From: Nemertoderma westbladi
Taxonomy: Eukaryota > Animalia > Xenacoelomorpha
NCBI GenBank assembly: GCA_032718475.1
Contig: JAUCBJ010006781.1
Coordinates: 94,371-158,370, forward strand
DNA: 64,000 bases
Direction: 5' to 3'
Every line of letters begins with the position of its first letter. Position 1 is the stretch's first letter. Below, piece by piece: positions 25,301-38,140 of the stretch. Both the position numbers and the translations under genes were made by a program. The notes below the pieces were generated by a model. The model saw only the letters and a program-made list of their open reading frames with translations, was not told the origin of the DNA and made no database searches.

Positions 25301-27675
25301 CCATGTGTGTCGTACCTGTAACAATTACCAAAATAGTTACCATGTGTGTCGTACCTGTAACAATTACCAAAATAATTACCATGTGTGTCGTACCTGTAAC
25401 AATTACCAAAATAGTTACCATGTGTGTCGTACCTGTAACAATTACCAAAATAGTTACCATGTGTGTCGTACCTGTAATAATTACCAAAATAGTTACCATG
25501 TGTGTTGTACCAGTAACAATTACCAAAATAGTTACCATGTGTGTCGTACCTGTAACAATTACCAAAATAGTTACCCTGTGTGTCGTACCTGTAATAATTA
25601 CCAAAATAGTTACATGTATGTCGTACCTGTAATAATTACCAAAATAGTTACCATGTGTGTTGTACCAGTAACAATTACCAAAATAGTTACCATGTGTGTC
25701 GTACCTGTAATAATTACCAAAATAGTTACCATGTGTGTTGTACCAGTAACAATTACCAAAATAGTTACATGTGTGACGTACCTGTAACAATTACCAAAAT
25801 AGTTACCCTGTGTGTCGTACCTGTAATAATTACCAAAATAATTACCATCTGTGTCGTACCTGTAACAATTACCAAAATAGTTACCATGTGTGTCGTACCT
25901 GTAATAATTACCAAAATAATTACCATGTGTGTCGTACCTGTAACAATTACCAAAATAGTTACCATGTGTGTCGTACCTGTAATAATTACCAAAATAGTTA
26001 CCATGTGTGTTGTACCAGTAACAATTACCAAAATAGTTACCATGTGTGTCGTACCTGTAACAATTACCAAAATAATTACCATGTGTGTCGTACCTGTAAC
26101 AATTACCAAAATAGTTACATGTGTGTCGTACCTGTAATAATTACCAAAATAATTACCATGTGTGTCGTACCTGTAACAATTACCAAAATAGTTACCATGT
26201 GTGTCGTACCTGTAACAATTACCAAAATAGTTACCCTGTGTGTCGTACCTGTAATAATTACCAAAATAATTACCATGTGTGTCGTACCTGTAACAATTAC
26301 CAAAATAATTACCATGTGTGTCGTACCTGTAACAATTACCAAAATAGTTACCATGTGTGTCGTACCTGTAACAATTACCAAAATAGTTACCCTGTGTGTC
26401 GTACCTGTAATAATTACCAAAATAATTACCATGTGTGTCGTACCTGTAACAATTACCAAAATAATTACCATGTGTGTCGTACCTGTAACAATTACCAAAA
26501 TAGTTACATGTGTGTCGTACCTGTAATAATTACCAAAATAGTTACCATGTGTGTCGTACCTGTAATAATTACCAAAATAGTTACCATGTGTGTCGTACCT
26601 GTAATAATTACCAAAATAATTACCATGTGTGTCGTACCTGTAACAATTACCAAAATAGTTACCATGTGTGTCGTACCTGTAACAATTACCAAAATAGTTA
26701 CCCTGTGTGTCGTACCTGTAATAATTACCAAAATAATTACCATGTGTGTCGTACCTGTAATAATTACCAAAATAGTTACCATGTGTGTCGTACCTGTAAT
26801 AATTACCAAAATAGTTACCATGTGTGTCGTACCTGTAATAATTACCAAAATAGTTACCATGTGTGTCGTACCTGTAATAATTACCAAAATAGTTACCATG
26901 TGTGTCGTACCTGTAATAATTACCAAAATAATTACCATGTGTGTCGTACCTGTAATAATTACCAAAATAATTACCATGTGTGTCGTACCTGTAATAATTA
27001 CCAAAATAGTTACCCTGTGTGTCGTACCTGTAATAATTACCAAAATAATTACCATGTGTGTCGTACCTGTAACAATTACCAAAATAATTACCATGTGTGT
27101 CGTACCTGTAACAATTACCAAAATAGTTACCATGTGTGTCGTACCTGTAACAATTACCAAAATAGTTACCCTGTGTGTCGTACCTGTAATAATTACCAAA
27201 ATAATTACCATGTGTGTCGTACCTGTAACAATTACCAAAATAATTACCATGTGTGTCGTACCTGTAACAATTACCAAAATAGTTACATGTGTGTCGTACC
27301 TGTAACAATTACCAAAATAGTTACCCTGTGTGTCGTACCTGTAATAATTACCAAAATAATTACCATGTGTGTCGTACCTGTAATAATTACCAAAATAGTT
27401 ACCATGTGTGTCGTACCTGTAATAATTACCAAAATAGTTACCATGTGTGTCGTACCTGTAATAATTACCAAAATAGTTACCATGTGTGTCGTACCTGTAA
27501 TAATTACCAAAATAGTTACCATGTGTGTCGTACCTGTAATAATTACCAAAATAATTACCATGTGTGTCGTACCTGTAATAATTACCAAAATAATTACCAT
27601 GTGTGTCGTACCTGTAATAATTACCAAAATAGTTACCCTGTGTGTCGTACCTGTAATAATTACCAAAATAGTTAA
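19374..27675 (-). repeat. 39-bp tandem array (about 195 copies) of the UCP acceptor junction, filling almost the whole intron
   Basis: Minus-strand unit GTACGACACACATGGTAACTATTTTGGTAATTATTACAG; the real exon begins GTACGACACCCAATATGG. Interrupted at 21406-22076. Confidence 0.97.
21406..22076 (-). mobile_element. 5'-truncated LINE (CR1/L2 group) inserted in the 39-bp array
   Basis: ORF2 C-terminal signature RRRERYIIIYTWKI...GPKLFNTIP..IR...FKKHLD..L..VPD.P; 3' tail of ATACAAGA repeats; GTACCT duplicated at 21400-21405 and 22077-22082. Confidence 0.85.
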
Positions 27676-27760
27676 TATTCATATTGTGTGGCGGACTTTT
27701 TGTACATGTATCAAAATAATTACAGAATGTCGCCGGATTATATTCTGGAACTTTACTAAC

Positions 27761-27964
27761 CCTTCCACAAGCCTCTTCGTATACCTTCGTCTCGAGCTAT
27801 TGAGGAATAGGCCTGCCAGGTTTTACGGTACCGTCTAGGCTGTCCAGGCACAAAAGCCTGAAACCGAACTTTAACAACGTCAGTTGGCTGAGCGAATAGG
27901 ACAGCTGAAGAGCCGGTAGTGACGCCGGCTAGAATGCGGATAAGTATGTCGACGTTCTTCAATT
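27761..27964 (-). CDS. UCP-like internal exon
   Basis: TTTTCTAG|AA TTG; encodes [28 protein letters not shown]...[10 protein letters not shown] with the carrier signature PxDxxKxR; donor G|GTTAGT; 204 nt, phase 1 to phase 1. Confidence 0.95.
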
Positions 27965-28760
27965 CTAGAAAAAATTTTATGATAATAAAATCACTTTATG
28001 ACATTGCAGTAAAAAAGTTACACTTTATACAAAACTTTGGGAATTATATAATATTGTATCATGTAATGCATGCGTTAAGTCTTTAGATAATGATATTAGC
28101 TTCAATCTCAGTGTTACTTAATAATTATTACATATAATAAACCATGTGAAATCTGTAGTTATGTATTAAATAGTTTATAAGATACTACGTGAAGATAATT
28201 AATTCAGTTAAAACTGAATTCGCCACCTAGTGAGCACATTAGGCATAAACTATCAATCATCACTATCAATAGATAGATATGCTTACAGTGTACACGAGAT
28301 GGCGCACTTAAATGATATTTAAATATAAAATGATGGTTCCATGACTTCTTGGTAATAGGTACTACAAACTGATTGGCTACTGCAAACTAGGTTCGTTTCA
28401 ATACAAATTTGATTGGTTGAAATAAATTGCTGGTAAAAGTTTAGTTTTATCGATCATAATAATTATTACTTACGAAAAAAGCCCATATCATGGCCCATGT
28501 GAAGTCAAGTGAAGAAATCCTGGTATTCTTCACATGGGCGCATATCATAGCATGTTGTAATTTTTATCTTTAGATTTTTTAATTGTATGTATATTTAGTA
28601 TCTGCATGTCTCTGCATGTCTCTTCATCTGTCCGTATATGCCCTGTCCAACGTTTAAACTCAAAAATATGTAGGTTATTTATAGTTATTGAATTAGGGTA
28701 ATTAAATTAGTAATTTATAGAGTAAAAACAATCACAATAATTCGATTACATCTGTATTAC

Positions 28761-28888
28761 CTTTATTATTATTCAATTGGGTTAACTTGGTTGTGTAGAT
28801 TTCCTTAACTCGGTCATATAAACCAATTCGTATCGAGGCGAAACACATTTGTCGATGGAGCCCAGCTATTAAACCGTTATACATTCCT
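28761..28888 (-). CDS. UCP-like internal exon (not in the ORF track)
   Basis: GTTACAG|A GGA ATG TAT AAC; translates [32 protein letters not shown], close to the UCP2 [24 protein letters not shown] motif; donor AAG|GTAATA; phase 1 matches the next exon. Confidence 0.93.
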
Positions 28889-29366
28889 CTGTAACATATA
28901 AATCATTATGTGGCTTAGACTGCATCAATCAACACGGGAGATTCGAAACTATTTTAGGTGTCTAGCAGCGGAAGCTATCCACATTGACTAATATCTCAAG
29001 AAGATCCACCCTAATCTCTCAAGAAGATCCCCCAATTAACTTAAATTAGTCTTAAATAAAATTTGAACACAAGTAAGCTGAATCTTTGCAATTATCAGCT
29101 GATTAGCGCCAAAAATTAAACTGTAGCCTTGAAACATTTGTTATAGAATCTCGATTATTATTTTTGGTTTGAATAAATTTGCCACTGTGACCAGCTCCTT
29201 TCCCTTAATTGGTTAGGAACATGGTTAATTCGCCGAGATAGGATTTGAATCAATCTGAAATGCTCGAGGCCCCCCAGAGGGGCCATCCTAGAGGAGCCAT
29301 TGCCCCTTCCTAGAGGAGGCCTGTGGGTGGTAATGGAGGACTGCTTTATTATATATTAAAGATATC

Positions 29367-29920
29367 GGTAATGGTGAAAAATATCGAGACTTGAAAAATA
29401 TCGAGAGTAAAAATATCGAGAGTAAAAATATCGAGAGTAAAAATAACGCGAGATGAAAAATATCGAAAATAACGAGTGTTGAAAAATATCGAGTGTTGAA
29501 AAATATCGAGAGTAAAAATAACGAGTGTTGAAAAATATCGAGAGTAAAAATATTGCATTTTGCTTGAGCATTTTATTTAGAATTATGGGATAATATTGCA
29601 GTGCATGGGTTACAACAGTGAATGGCATTAATACACCTTGGGTACCCATTCACCAGATTTATTATACTAGCTAGTTTTTGCTATTTTTATAATAAATATT
29701 ATGGAAGAAGTTCTAGCATCAATTTTGATAAATATTTTTGTTCTAGAACATTTTTAGGAAAAAAAATTATTATACAATCCTTATTTTAAAAAATTGTTAC
29801 TCTCGATATTTTTCAACTCTCGATAATTTTACTCTCGATATTTTTACTCTCGATATTTTTACTCTCGATATTTTTACTCTCGATATTTTTACTCTCGATA
29901 TTTTTACTCTCGAAATAACC
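29367..29920. mobile_element. Foldback-type MITE with tandem AAAAATATCGAGAGT subterminal repeats in opposite orientation
   Basis: Left arm (AAAAATATCGAGAGT)n, right arm (ACTCTCGATATTTTT)n; ends GGTAAT...ATAACC; flanks AAGATATC and AAGATATT. Confidence 0.8.
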
Positions 29921-30224
29921 AAGATATTTGGAGAAAATAAAAAAAATTATAAGAAAATATATTATATCTCTCCTTTCTTTATGGATTATCATATTTCATT
30001 CAGATAATGGCGTGATAATGAAAACCTAATAATTCTTCAATTATTTACCCCGAGACAAAATCTCTCATCATTAATAAGTTCTACAGTAGATGGCGTGTCC
30101 CCTGATGTGTCCCCTTTAAATTGGTTTTGCGTGTTTGAGTATTTGGAGCTCATCCACCCGATTATTCTGGACATGTACTGGACAAAGATAGTCAGTCCCT
30201 CAAGAAATTAAATCAAATAAGTTG

Positions 30225-30415
30225 GTCTCAGCCCGAAAGAAGTCGCGCCTCCGCTTTGCAGGACATTGCTTTCGCCGTGAGGACCAGCCAGTGCATAATC
30301 TTGTGCTTTGGCGGCCTCATGGAGTGAATAAGCATGGTGGACAGCCCATGACTTTCTTGAGACGCATCTTAAAGGACACTGGCCTTAAAGATGCGGATGA
30401 TCTAGCAAATGTCAT
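30225..30415 (+). mobile_element. RTE-like LINE ORF2 C-terminal remnant (further copies at about 49770-49960 and 51705-51905)
   Basis: RLRFAGHCFRREDQPVHNLVLW...GGQPMTF...LKDTGL motif typical of RTE-clade ORF2 ends. Confidence 0.75.
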
Positions 30416-32117
30416 TATAACTTTTTGTTGGGCACAGCTTTTGCAAAGTCGAGGGACATGACGTCCAGGTGGGATCGAACTGGCGACCGGTATATTTAAT
30501 AATTTATAATTGGTTGGATGGGTGAATGCGTGCGTGGTTTTTATGTTATTATAACTTTTTGTTGGGCACAGCTTTTGCAAAGTAAAGGTGGAATCGAACT
30601 GGTGATCTCCGGGTTGAGCACAGTGGTAGCATATGATGGTATGACAGATGGGAGGACATGAGGACGTCAATAATTGCGGACATACAAGGTATCAGATAGT
30701 TTAGTGTAATTTATATATAATAAAACAGATTATTTAATGAAATAATTTAGAATTACATAAACAGTTCTAATAATATCTCCCCGTATTATCAATTACCATA
30801 ACTTTTATTCTTAGTCCGTATTAAAATGTTTAAAAATGGATATATTTAAAACTTAATATTTCTTTGTGTTTCTCTAAAAATCGATAAGTTATTCACACAG
30901 CCGGTGGCTACCTCAACACCATGCATATAGTGTCGTAATTCGAATCCAAATATATAACACAATATGAAATTCGTCATAAAATAGCTGAGATATACGGGCG
31001 TTCAAAAGTGGCATGGTTCTACATCTGCGCGAGGCTATTTTAATAAATGCACCATATTCTGGCACCTTTTTTTATACAATACAATCCAATACCTCTCTAA
31101 TCTAACTTAATTGAACTGTTATTTGTTATTTTGTACGGATATTTTGTATGAGTGACTATTATTTCGTCTGTTATAACACGTCCGAGGACGACATAATAGC
31201 TTTACGAGTAAAATAAAAATTTTGGCTCACCCAGTACAGTAAAGAGGAGGTGGGTGAATCTATCTCTGTTTCAAATTTCACGTAATTTAATAAGGATTTC
31301 TTGAAAAAAATTGGCCTGCAGTTGAATTGGCCTGCTGTCATTGAATTATGACACTATATTCCTTGGCATGGTGAATAGGATAAAAACAGATAAAAACAAT
31401 AAATATTATTTCACAAAATTACTTGTATTTAACAGATTTATATCTATCTGGAATATTTATAGAAATCTGGGTCACCAAAAAAAGCTTAATTTGGTTTACT
31501 TGTAATAAATAGTTACAATATACAAAATTAAAATTATTATCAAATATTCATAATCGAATCAACAGTAAACAACAAAAATATATAATGACAAAAGTCAATA
31601 AAATAAAATAAAATCATATTACCACAATCACGAAAACTGTTACTTTAACTGTAAAACCTTATTACTCTCATGACATTTAAGTGTCACATCAATGTACAGC
31701 AGTACCGTACCGGTAGGCCTATGTCATTACTTCTGAGTCTCTAGCGGATCCCCAATTAAATGTCTTAACTTTTCAATTTCGTAAAAGATAGACTTCATGA
31801 TTCTCTACATGCCACCAAAATTTCAGCTCAGGAAAATGAGGCCTTCCCGAGAAATTTAACATTTTCTAAAAACCACATAATCTGTCGTAGCTGACGTCAG
31901 ACTGCATGATTTTTCACCAAACTTTACAAACTTTCTAAACTTTCTCTCTACTACTTACCTACTAAGTTTGGTTCAATTCCGAACGAGCGATGCCGAGAAA
32001 TTCGCGTTCAAACATTTACCAGACAGACGGACGGACAGACAGACAGACGGACATGCCCCATTTGCCCTATATGAACCGTATGCAAAGGCTCGCCGACTAC
32101 GTGTCTCGCCCCACAAA

Positions 32118-32885
32118 TCTAATGTTGAATGTAAAGTTGGAAAGAGTCTTTTAAATCACTTATTTAACGCAGATGACCTGTGTTTACTGTCGCCGAGTAT
32201 TTTTGGGTTACGAGCACTAGTCAAGATATGTGAGCGTTACGGCGCTAAATTTGATATTTTGTTCAATCAACTCAAATCACACTGTTTGTATTTTTTATTA
32301 TTAGTAAAGTGACATGCCGACTTCAGGGCGTTTGTATACATCATGACATTTGTATTTTTTGCCTTATCGTTTTCACCGTGCAGGCGACATCTATCTCAAT
32401 GGAAAACCGTTAGACTGTGTTAAGCAGGTATCATACTTGGGACACATTTTAAGCTGTGACCTTTCTGATGAAGCAGACATGAATAAAATTAAATCTTCTT
32501 TATTTTGTCGAGGTAATTTGTTTGTTAGAAATTTCTCTCGGTGTTCTCTTGGTGTTAAATTATGTTTGTTCAAAACTTATTGCTACAGTTTATATTGCTG
32601 CTCTTTGTGGTCAATTTTCCGTGTACAAACTTTGCGACAAGTGAAAGTAGCCTATAACATGTGTTTTCGTCTGTTGTTTAAATACACCCGTAGTGACGAT
32701 GCAGACACAATTTTTGTTAATAATAGAGTAAATAACTTTAAGGCCATTATGCGCAAAGTTATATTTTCCTTGTTAAACAGAGTAAATACGTAAATAGTAA
32801 ATTACCTGAAGTATATTCAGGTAATACGCTAAACGGTGCTGTTATAACAAATTTTTCAGTGAACTCTGTTCTGATTGATCGGTGG
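32118..32885 (+). mobile_element. Decayed LINE reverse transcriptase fragment (L2/L2B-like)
   Basis: HLFNADDLCLLSPSIFGLRAL (YADD box mutated to NADD), VSYLGHIL, RGNLFVRNFSRCS..VK..LFKTYC..LYCCSLW; split by a stop and frameshift. Confidence 0.85.
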
Positions 32886-32902
32886 CACAAGGCTACTGCC
32901 GG

Positions 32903-34803
32903 CCCTACTGCGCTCCATTAGATCTATTCTCGCGTCCTGAGCCGAGCCAACACGCCCTACTGAGCTCCATTAGATCTATTTTCGAGCACAGAACCGAGCC
33001 AACACGCCCTATTGCGCTCCATTAGATCTATTCTCGCATCCTGAGCCGACCCAACACGCCCTACTGCGCTCCATTAGATCTATTCTCGCGTCCTGAGCCG
33101 AGCCAACACGCCCTACTGAGCTCCATTAGATCTATTTTCGAGCACAGAACCGAGACAACACGCCCTATTGCGCTCCATTAGATCTATTCTCGCATCCTGA
33201 GCCGACCCAACACGCCCTACTGCGCTCCATTAGATCTATTCTCGCGTCCTGAGCCGAGCCAACACGCCCTACTGAGCTCCATTAGATCTATTTTCGAGCA
33301 CAGAACCGAGACAACACGCCCTATTGCGCTCCATTAGATCTATTCTCGCATCCTGAGCCGACCCAACACGCCCTACTGTGCTCCATTAGATCTATTCTCG
33401 CGTCCTGAGCCGAGCCAACACGCCCTACTGAGCTCCATTAGATCTATTTTCGAGCACAGAACCGAGCCAACACGCCCTATTGCGCTCCATTAGATCTATT
33501 CTCGCGTCCTGAGCCGATCCAACATACCCTACTGCGCTCCATTAGATCTATTCTCGCATCCTAAGCCGACCCAACACGCCCTACTGCGCTCCATTAGATC
33601 TATTCTCGCGTCCTGAGCCGACCCAACACGCCCTACTGCGCTCCATTAGATCTATTCTCGCATCCTGAGCCGATCCAACATACCCTACTGCGCTCCATTA
33701 GATCTATTCTCGCATCCTGAGCCGATCCAACACGCCCTACTGCACTCCATTAGATCTATTCTCGCGTCCTGAGCCGATCCAACATACCCTACTGCGCTCC
33801 ATTAGATCTATTCTCGCATCCTGAGCCGATCCAACATACCCTACTGCGCTCCATTAGATCTATACTCGCATCCTGAGCCGACCCCACACGCCCTACTGCG
33901 CTCCATTAGATCTATTCTCGCATCCTGAGCCGAGCCAACACGCCCTACTGCGCTCCATTAGATATATTTTCGAGCACAGAACCGAGCCAACACGCCCTAT
34001 TGCGCTCCATTAGATCTATTCTCGCGTCCTGAGCCGATCCAACATACCCTACTGCGCTCCATTAGATCTATTCTCGCATCCTGAACCGAGCCAACACGCC
34101 CTACTGCGCTCCATTAGATCTATTTTCGAGCACAGAACCGAGCCAACACGCCCTATTGCGCTCCATTAGATCTATTCTCGCGTCCTGAGCCGAGCCAACA
34201 CGCCCTATTGCGCTCCATTAGATCTATTCTCGCATCCTGAGCCGACCCCACACGCCCTGCTGCGCTCCATTAGATCTATTCTCGCGTCCTGAGTCGAGCC
34301 AACACGCCATACTGCGCTCCATTAGATATATTTTCGAGCACAGAACCGAGCCAACACGCCCTATTGCGCTCCATTAGATCTATTCTCGCATCCTGAGCCG
34401 ACCCAACACGCCCTACTGCGCTCCATTAGATCTATTCTCGCGTCCTGAGTCGAGCCAACACGCCATACTGCGCTCCATTAGATCTATACTCGCATCCTGA
34501 GCCGACCCCACACGCCCTACTGCGCTCGATTAGATCTATTCTCGCATCCTGAGCCGACCCAACACGCCCTACTGCGCTCCATTAGATCTATTCTCGCGTC
34601 CTGAGCCGATCCAACATACCCTACTGCGCTCCATTAGATCTATTCTCGCATCCTGAGCCGACCCAACACGCCCTATTGCGCTCCATTAGATCTATTCTCG
34701 CGTCCTGAGCCGAGCCAACACGCCCTACTGCGCTCCATTAGATCTATTCTCGCATCCTGAGCCGACCCAACACGCCCTACTGAGATCCATTATATCTATT
34801 CTC
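32903..34803. repeat. 52-bp minisatellite (about 36 copies) with a local 3-unit higher-order pattern
   Basis: Unit CCCTACTGCGCTCCATTAGATCTATTCTCGCGTCCTGAGCCGAGCCAACACG; the variant TTTCGAGCACAGAACC recurs every 156 bp in the first part. Confidence 0.96.
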
Positions 34804-34875
34804 GTTCAAATATTTCAGGTCTATATATATGAATGCTCACGAACAGAAACTATGTCCTTTTCATGTGATGCTCAC

Positions 34876-35418
34876 TAGGGATGTTGCGAATGTCATATTT
34901 TTAACATTCGCGGATGCAGATGCGGATGCAGATGTCTGAGGTGACATCCGCAGGGATGCGGATGTCTATTAAACATATATATTTTTGCCTGGCCTCCCTT
35001 TTACATCTAGGTTATACCAGCATTTTAATATTATATTCTAATCTTATATTAATAAACTAACAAGCGTCTAAGGTTATAGAACAGAATGGGACATAATATA
35101 ACAAAACAATAATACAACAAACATTTTTTTATATAGTTCCCGTCCAGTGTTAGTGTATTTTTAGTATTAGTGTAATTTTAAGATGAAATAAAAAAAATTC
35201 ATAAGGGAAAAAGTAATTATTATTGAAAATTTAATTGAGTTGTTGCTGGGCCTTCAGACAGGATGCTTGAATAGTGCATGTAACATCCGCATGTAACATC
35301 CGCATGTAACATCCGCATGTCACATCCGCATGCCATGGGTGCGGATGCGAAAAATCATGCGGATATCCGCGGATGCGGATATCCGCGGATGCGGATGCGG
35401 ACATTCGCCACATCCCTA
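34876..35418. mobile_element. hAT-type MITE
   Basis: TIR TAGGGATGT(T/G)GCGAATGTC; subterminal GCGGAT/ATCCGC repeats; 8-bp TSD ATGCTCAC / ATGCACAC. Confidence 0.88.
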
Positions 35419-36121
35419 ATGCACACTGACCTTTAAAATGTGATTGAGCATCAGCACTTTCTAAGGGATGGCTATTATTATTACGGCTAATATAAATCAC
35501 CTTGAGCCCAATTATATATTGAACCATTCGTGAATTAAAACATAAGACGAAATGAACACAAATATATATTGAAATATTATAAGACCCAACAACAGGCGAA
35601 TTCAATAAATTTGACAAAATCAATACTTGCATAAAATTAGGCAAACAAACTCTGAAACAAACTACTAAACTCGATATAACATTAATATTGTAGACCAGAA
35701 AATACATATCAACTCTACTGTACATAAAACACAAAGTGAGTAAATATATCATAAAAGAATACCGATAATTAATTTAGTTACGTTAATCAATAAGTTTGGT
35801 TCATTTGGATTAATAAGGGTAAACCTAGATGGATTCTACGATATGCAGTCATTTGCCGACCAATACAATGTTTCACCACATTCCACACGCGCCAATTTCA
35901 CCAATACCCGTAGGTAAGTTATACAACGATGGTGAGAGATGGCAAATCAAGTCTCGCGAAATAGTAAAACTGTTGTGGCATATGCTGTAGTTGGTGGGTT
36001 ATACATGATAGTATAAAGGAAAACGTTTTAGTTTTTGAATGTTTTCTACCATCGTTTCCTCGCGCACCTAAAACCGAAAACACTTTAATGCGATTGTTCG
36101 TATAACACGGAAAACTCAGAC

Positions 36122-36961
36122 TCACTTAGCTGCCTTATCATCTTCAACAACCTTAACATCATCGTCACCATCGTCCTTGTCCTCCTCCTTAATTTCTTTC
36201 TTGCTCTCCTCTATTGCCGCCTTAGCAGCGACGGCCTCAGCGCATTCCTCTGAGTTCTTATGGCGAATATAAGCCAGCTTGTACGAGAACACCTCCCCGC
36301 ACTTCTCGCACGTGTAAGTCGCGCGTTTTACAGGACTGACAATTTCTTCTTCATCGTCATCGTCTCTAACAACTTCTTTGTAAGTGGATCGCTTCCTACC
36401 GCCACTAACAGCCGGGGTCGTGGGGGTATTGGTGGAAGCCGAGCCGGCGTAGCCCTTCATCTCAACCAACTGCTCCTTATTGCACAACTCGAGATGTAGC
36501 ATCAAGGAATCTCGACTTGTAAAATTCCCCCTACATCGACTACACTCGTGAACCTCGCCGGGTTTAATCTTCTTCTTCTGCAGATCCATTGGTTTATAAT
36601 CTCCTTTGCGGCAATTAATAAGATGATCTCTGTAGTGGGTGCCGTCGCGGCATACCATATTGCCGCAGGATTCGCAGCACCCGAACGTGGTGCATTTGTG
36701 TTTCGGGGTAGTGGAGGAAGTCCCCGGTTGTGGACTGGGTTTCGCCGGCTCGGTGGGCACCCCTTTACATATCTTGATGTGCTCGAGGATGTGGCTTCGC
36801 GAACCTGTGCAGTCCCGGCAGAGCGGGCATACTATCTTCGCTTCATGCGAGGCCATGTTGCTCGGTTTAATGTTGGTTAACGGTGTTGCCTTGGTGACTG
36901 CAGGGGTTGGGGGGTTAGGTTTGTTGACAACGGGAATCGGTTTGCTCGCTGGTTGAGTTGG
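36122..36961 (-). CDS. C2H2/C2HC zinc-finger gene, downstream exon
   Basis: Acceptor ACTAAC-CCTCATCCATCCCCC-CAG|CCA in phase 0 with the upstream exon; fingers CPLC..HIKIC, CSRC..HLELC, CEKC..YIRH; ends at TGA 36122-36124 or splices out at AA|GTGAGT (36125). Confidence 0.8.
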   Translation of the reverse strand, partial: PTQPASKPIPVVNKPNPPTPAVTKATPLTNIKPSNMASHEAKIVCPLCRDCTGSRSHILEHIKICKGVPTEPAKPSPQPGTSSTTPKHKCTTFGCCESCGNMVCRDGTHYRDHLINCRKGDYKPMDLQKKKIKPGEVHECSRCRGNFTSRDSLMLHLELCNKEQLVEMKGYAGSASTNTPTTPAVSGGRKRSTYKEVVRDDDDEEEIVSPVKRATYTCEKCGEVFSYKLAYIRHKNSEECAEAVAAKAAIEESKKEIKEEDKDDGDDDVKVVEDDKAAK

Positions 36962-37519
36962 CTGGGGGGATGGATGAGGGTTAGTTCCGGTGTCTAGGTG
37001 AAGGAACCATTAGTTACAGTCCAACAATAAATTTATATTATTGTATCATAACAGATCTGGGGGGGGTGTGGGGGGGGGGGGGCTGTACTCTTGGCACAAA
37101 TACCAGTTGCACATAGTGCGGAAAGCCCAAATGTGAAAAAACAAGTGAAAACAAAAAGAAAAATAATAAAATAAAATAAAATAAATCTGTAATACGAAGT
37201 AAGAAAATTGTGTGAAACATTTTAATATTAAAAAATTGCAAGCTGTTTGCGTTACGATAATATTTAAATTTTTTTTCATTATTAGATATCCCCATTGCTA
37301 CGGCTGTTCTAAGTGGATTACTTTACGAGAGATAAGGATGTCGCCACATTGGGCTTCTTATAGCTATATATTGTAGAACTTGTTAGCCCTGATGATGTGA
37401 AAAACTTACATTAGATATCTCCAATGCATTATTCCCTCCAGTAACAGGCGAGCGTAGCATTCGTTCTGGTCTCATATATTAAAGAGAAACGGAAATACAT
37501 AGACATCGTTAAGTTAAGT

Positions 37520-38140
37520 GCCTGTCAGACTCTCTACCTGTCGGACTCTCTACCTGTCGGACTGTCTACCTGTCGGACTCTCTACCTGTCGGACTGTCTA
37601 CCTGTCAGTTGTCAAACTATCTACCAGTCGGAATGTCTCCCTGTCAGACTGCTATCTACCTGTCGGAATGTCTCCCTGTCAGACTGTCTACCTGTCGGAC
37701 TGTCTACCTGTCGGACTGTCTCCCTGTCAGACTGTATACCTGTCGGACTGTCTACCTGTCGGACTGTCTACCTGCCAGACTATCTATCTGTCGGACTGTC
37801 TATCGGTCACACTATCTACCTGTCACACTGTCCTCCTGTCGGACTGTCTACCTATCAGACTGTCTATCTGTTAGACCGTCTATCTATCAAACTGTCTACC
37901 TGTCACACTGTCTCCCTAAACCTCTAAAAGACTGTCCACCTGTCAGTGTTTCACTATCTACCTGTCCTATCAGACTGTCTACCTACCAGACTCTACCAGA
38001 CTGCCAACCTGTCGGACCCGTCTACCTATCCGACCGTATACCTGTCAGACTGTCTCCCTGACAGACTGCCTATCCGCCAGACTGTCTACCTGACAGACAA
38101 TCTCCCTGTCAAACTGGCTATCTGTCAGACTGTCTAACTG
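37520..38140. repeat. Degenerate 16-bp minisatellite (CTGTCTACCTGTCGGA)n inside the zinc-finger intron
   Basis: Tandem units visible directly, decaying rightwards. Confidence 0.9.

Noticed and set aside
19405-27838. ORFs up to 989 aa ([27 protein letters not shown])
   Set aside because: Open on both strands and several frames because the unit is 39 bp; they lie inside a UCP intron.
32903-34803. CRISPR-like appearance of the 52-bp and 39-bp arrays
   Set aside because: No unique spacers, no cas genes, eukaryotic context.
35829-35913. Isolated plus-strand exon-like segment ending AG|GTAAGT
   Set aside because: No recognisable product or partner exons.
36994-37015. Alternative acceptor ACTAATGGTTCCTTCACCTAG for the zinc-finger exon
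   Set aside because: Needs a phase-1 donor; out of frame with the phase-0 GTTAGT donor, so not preferred, though not excluded.
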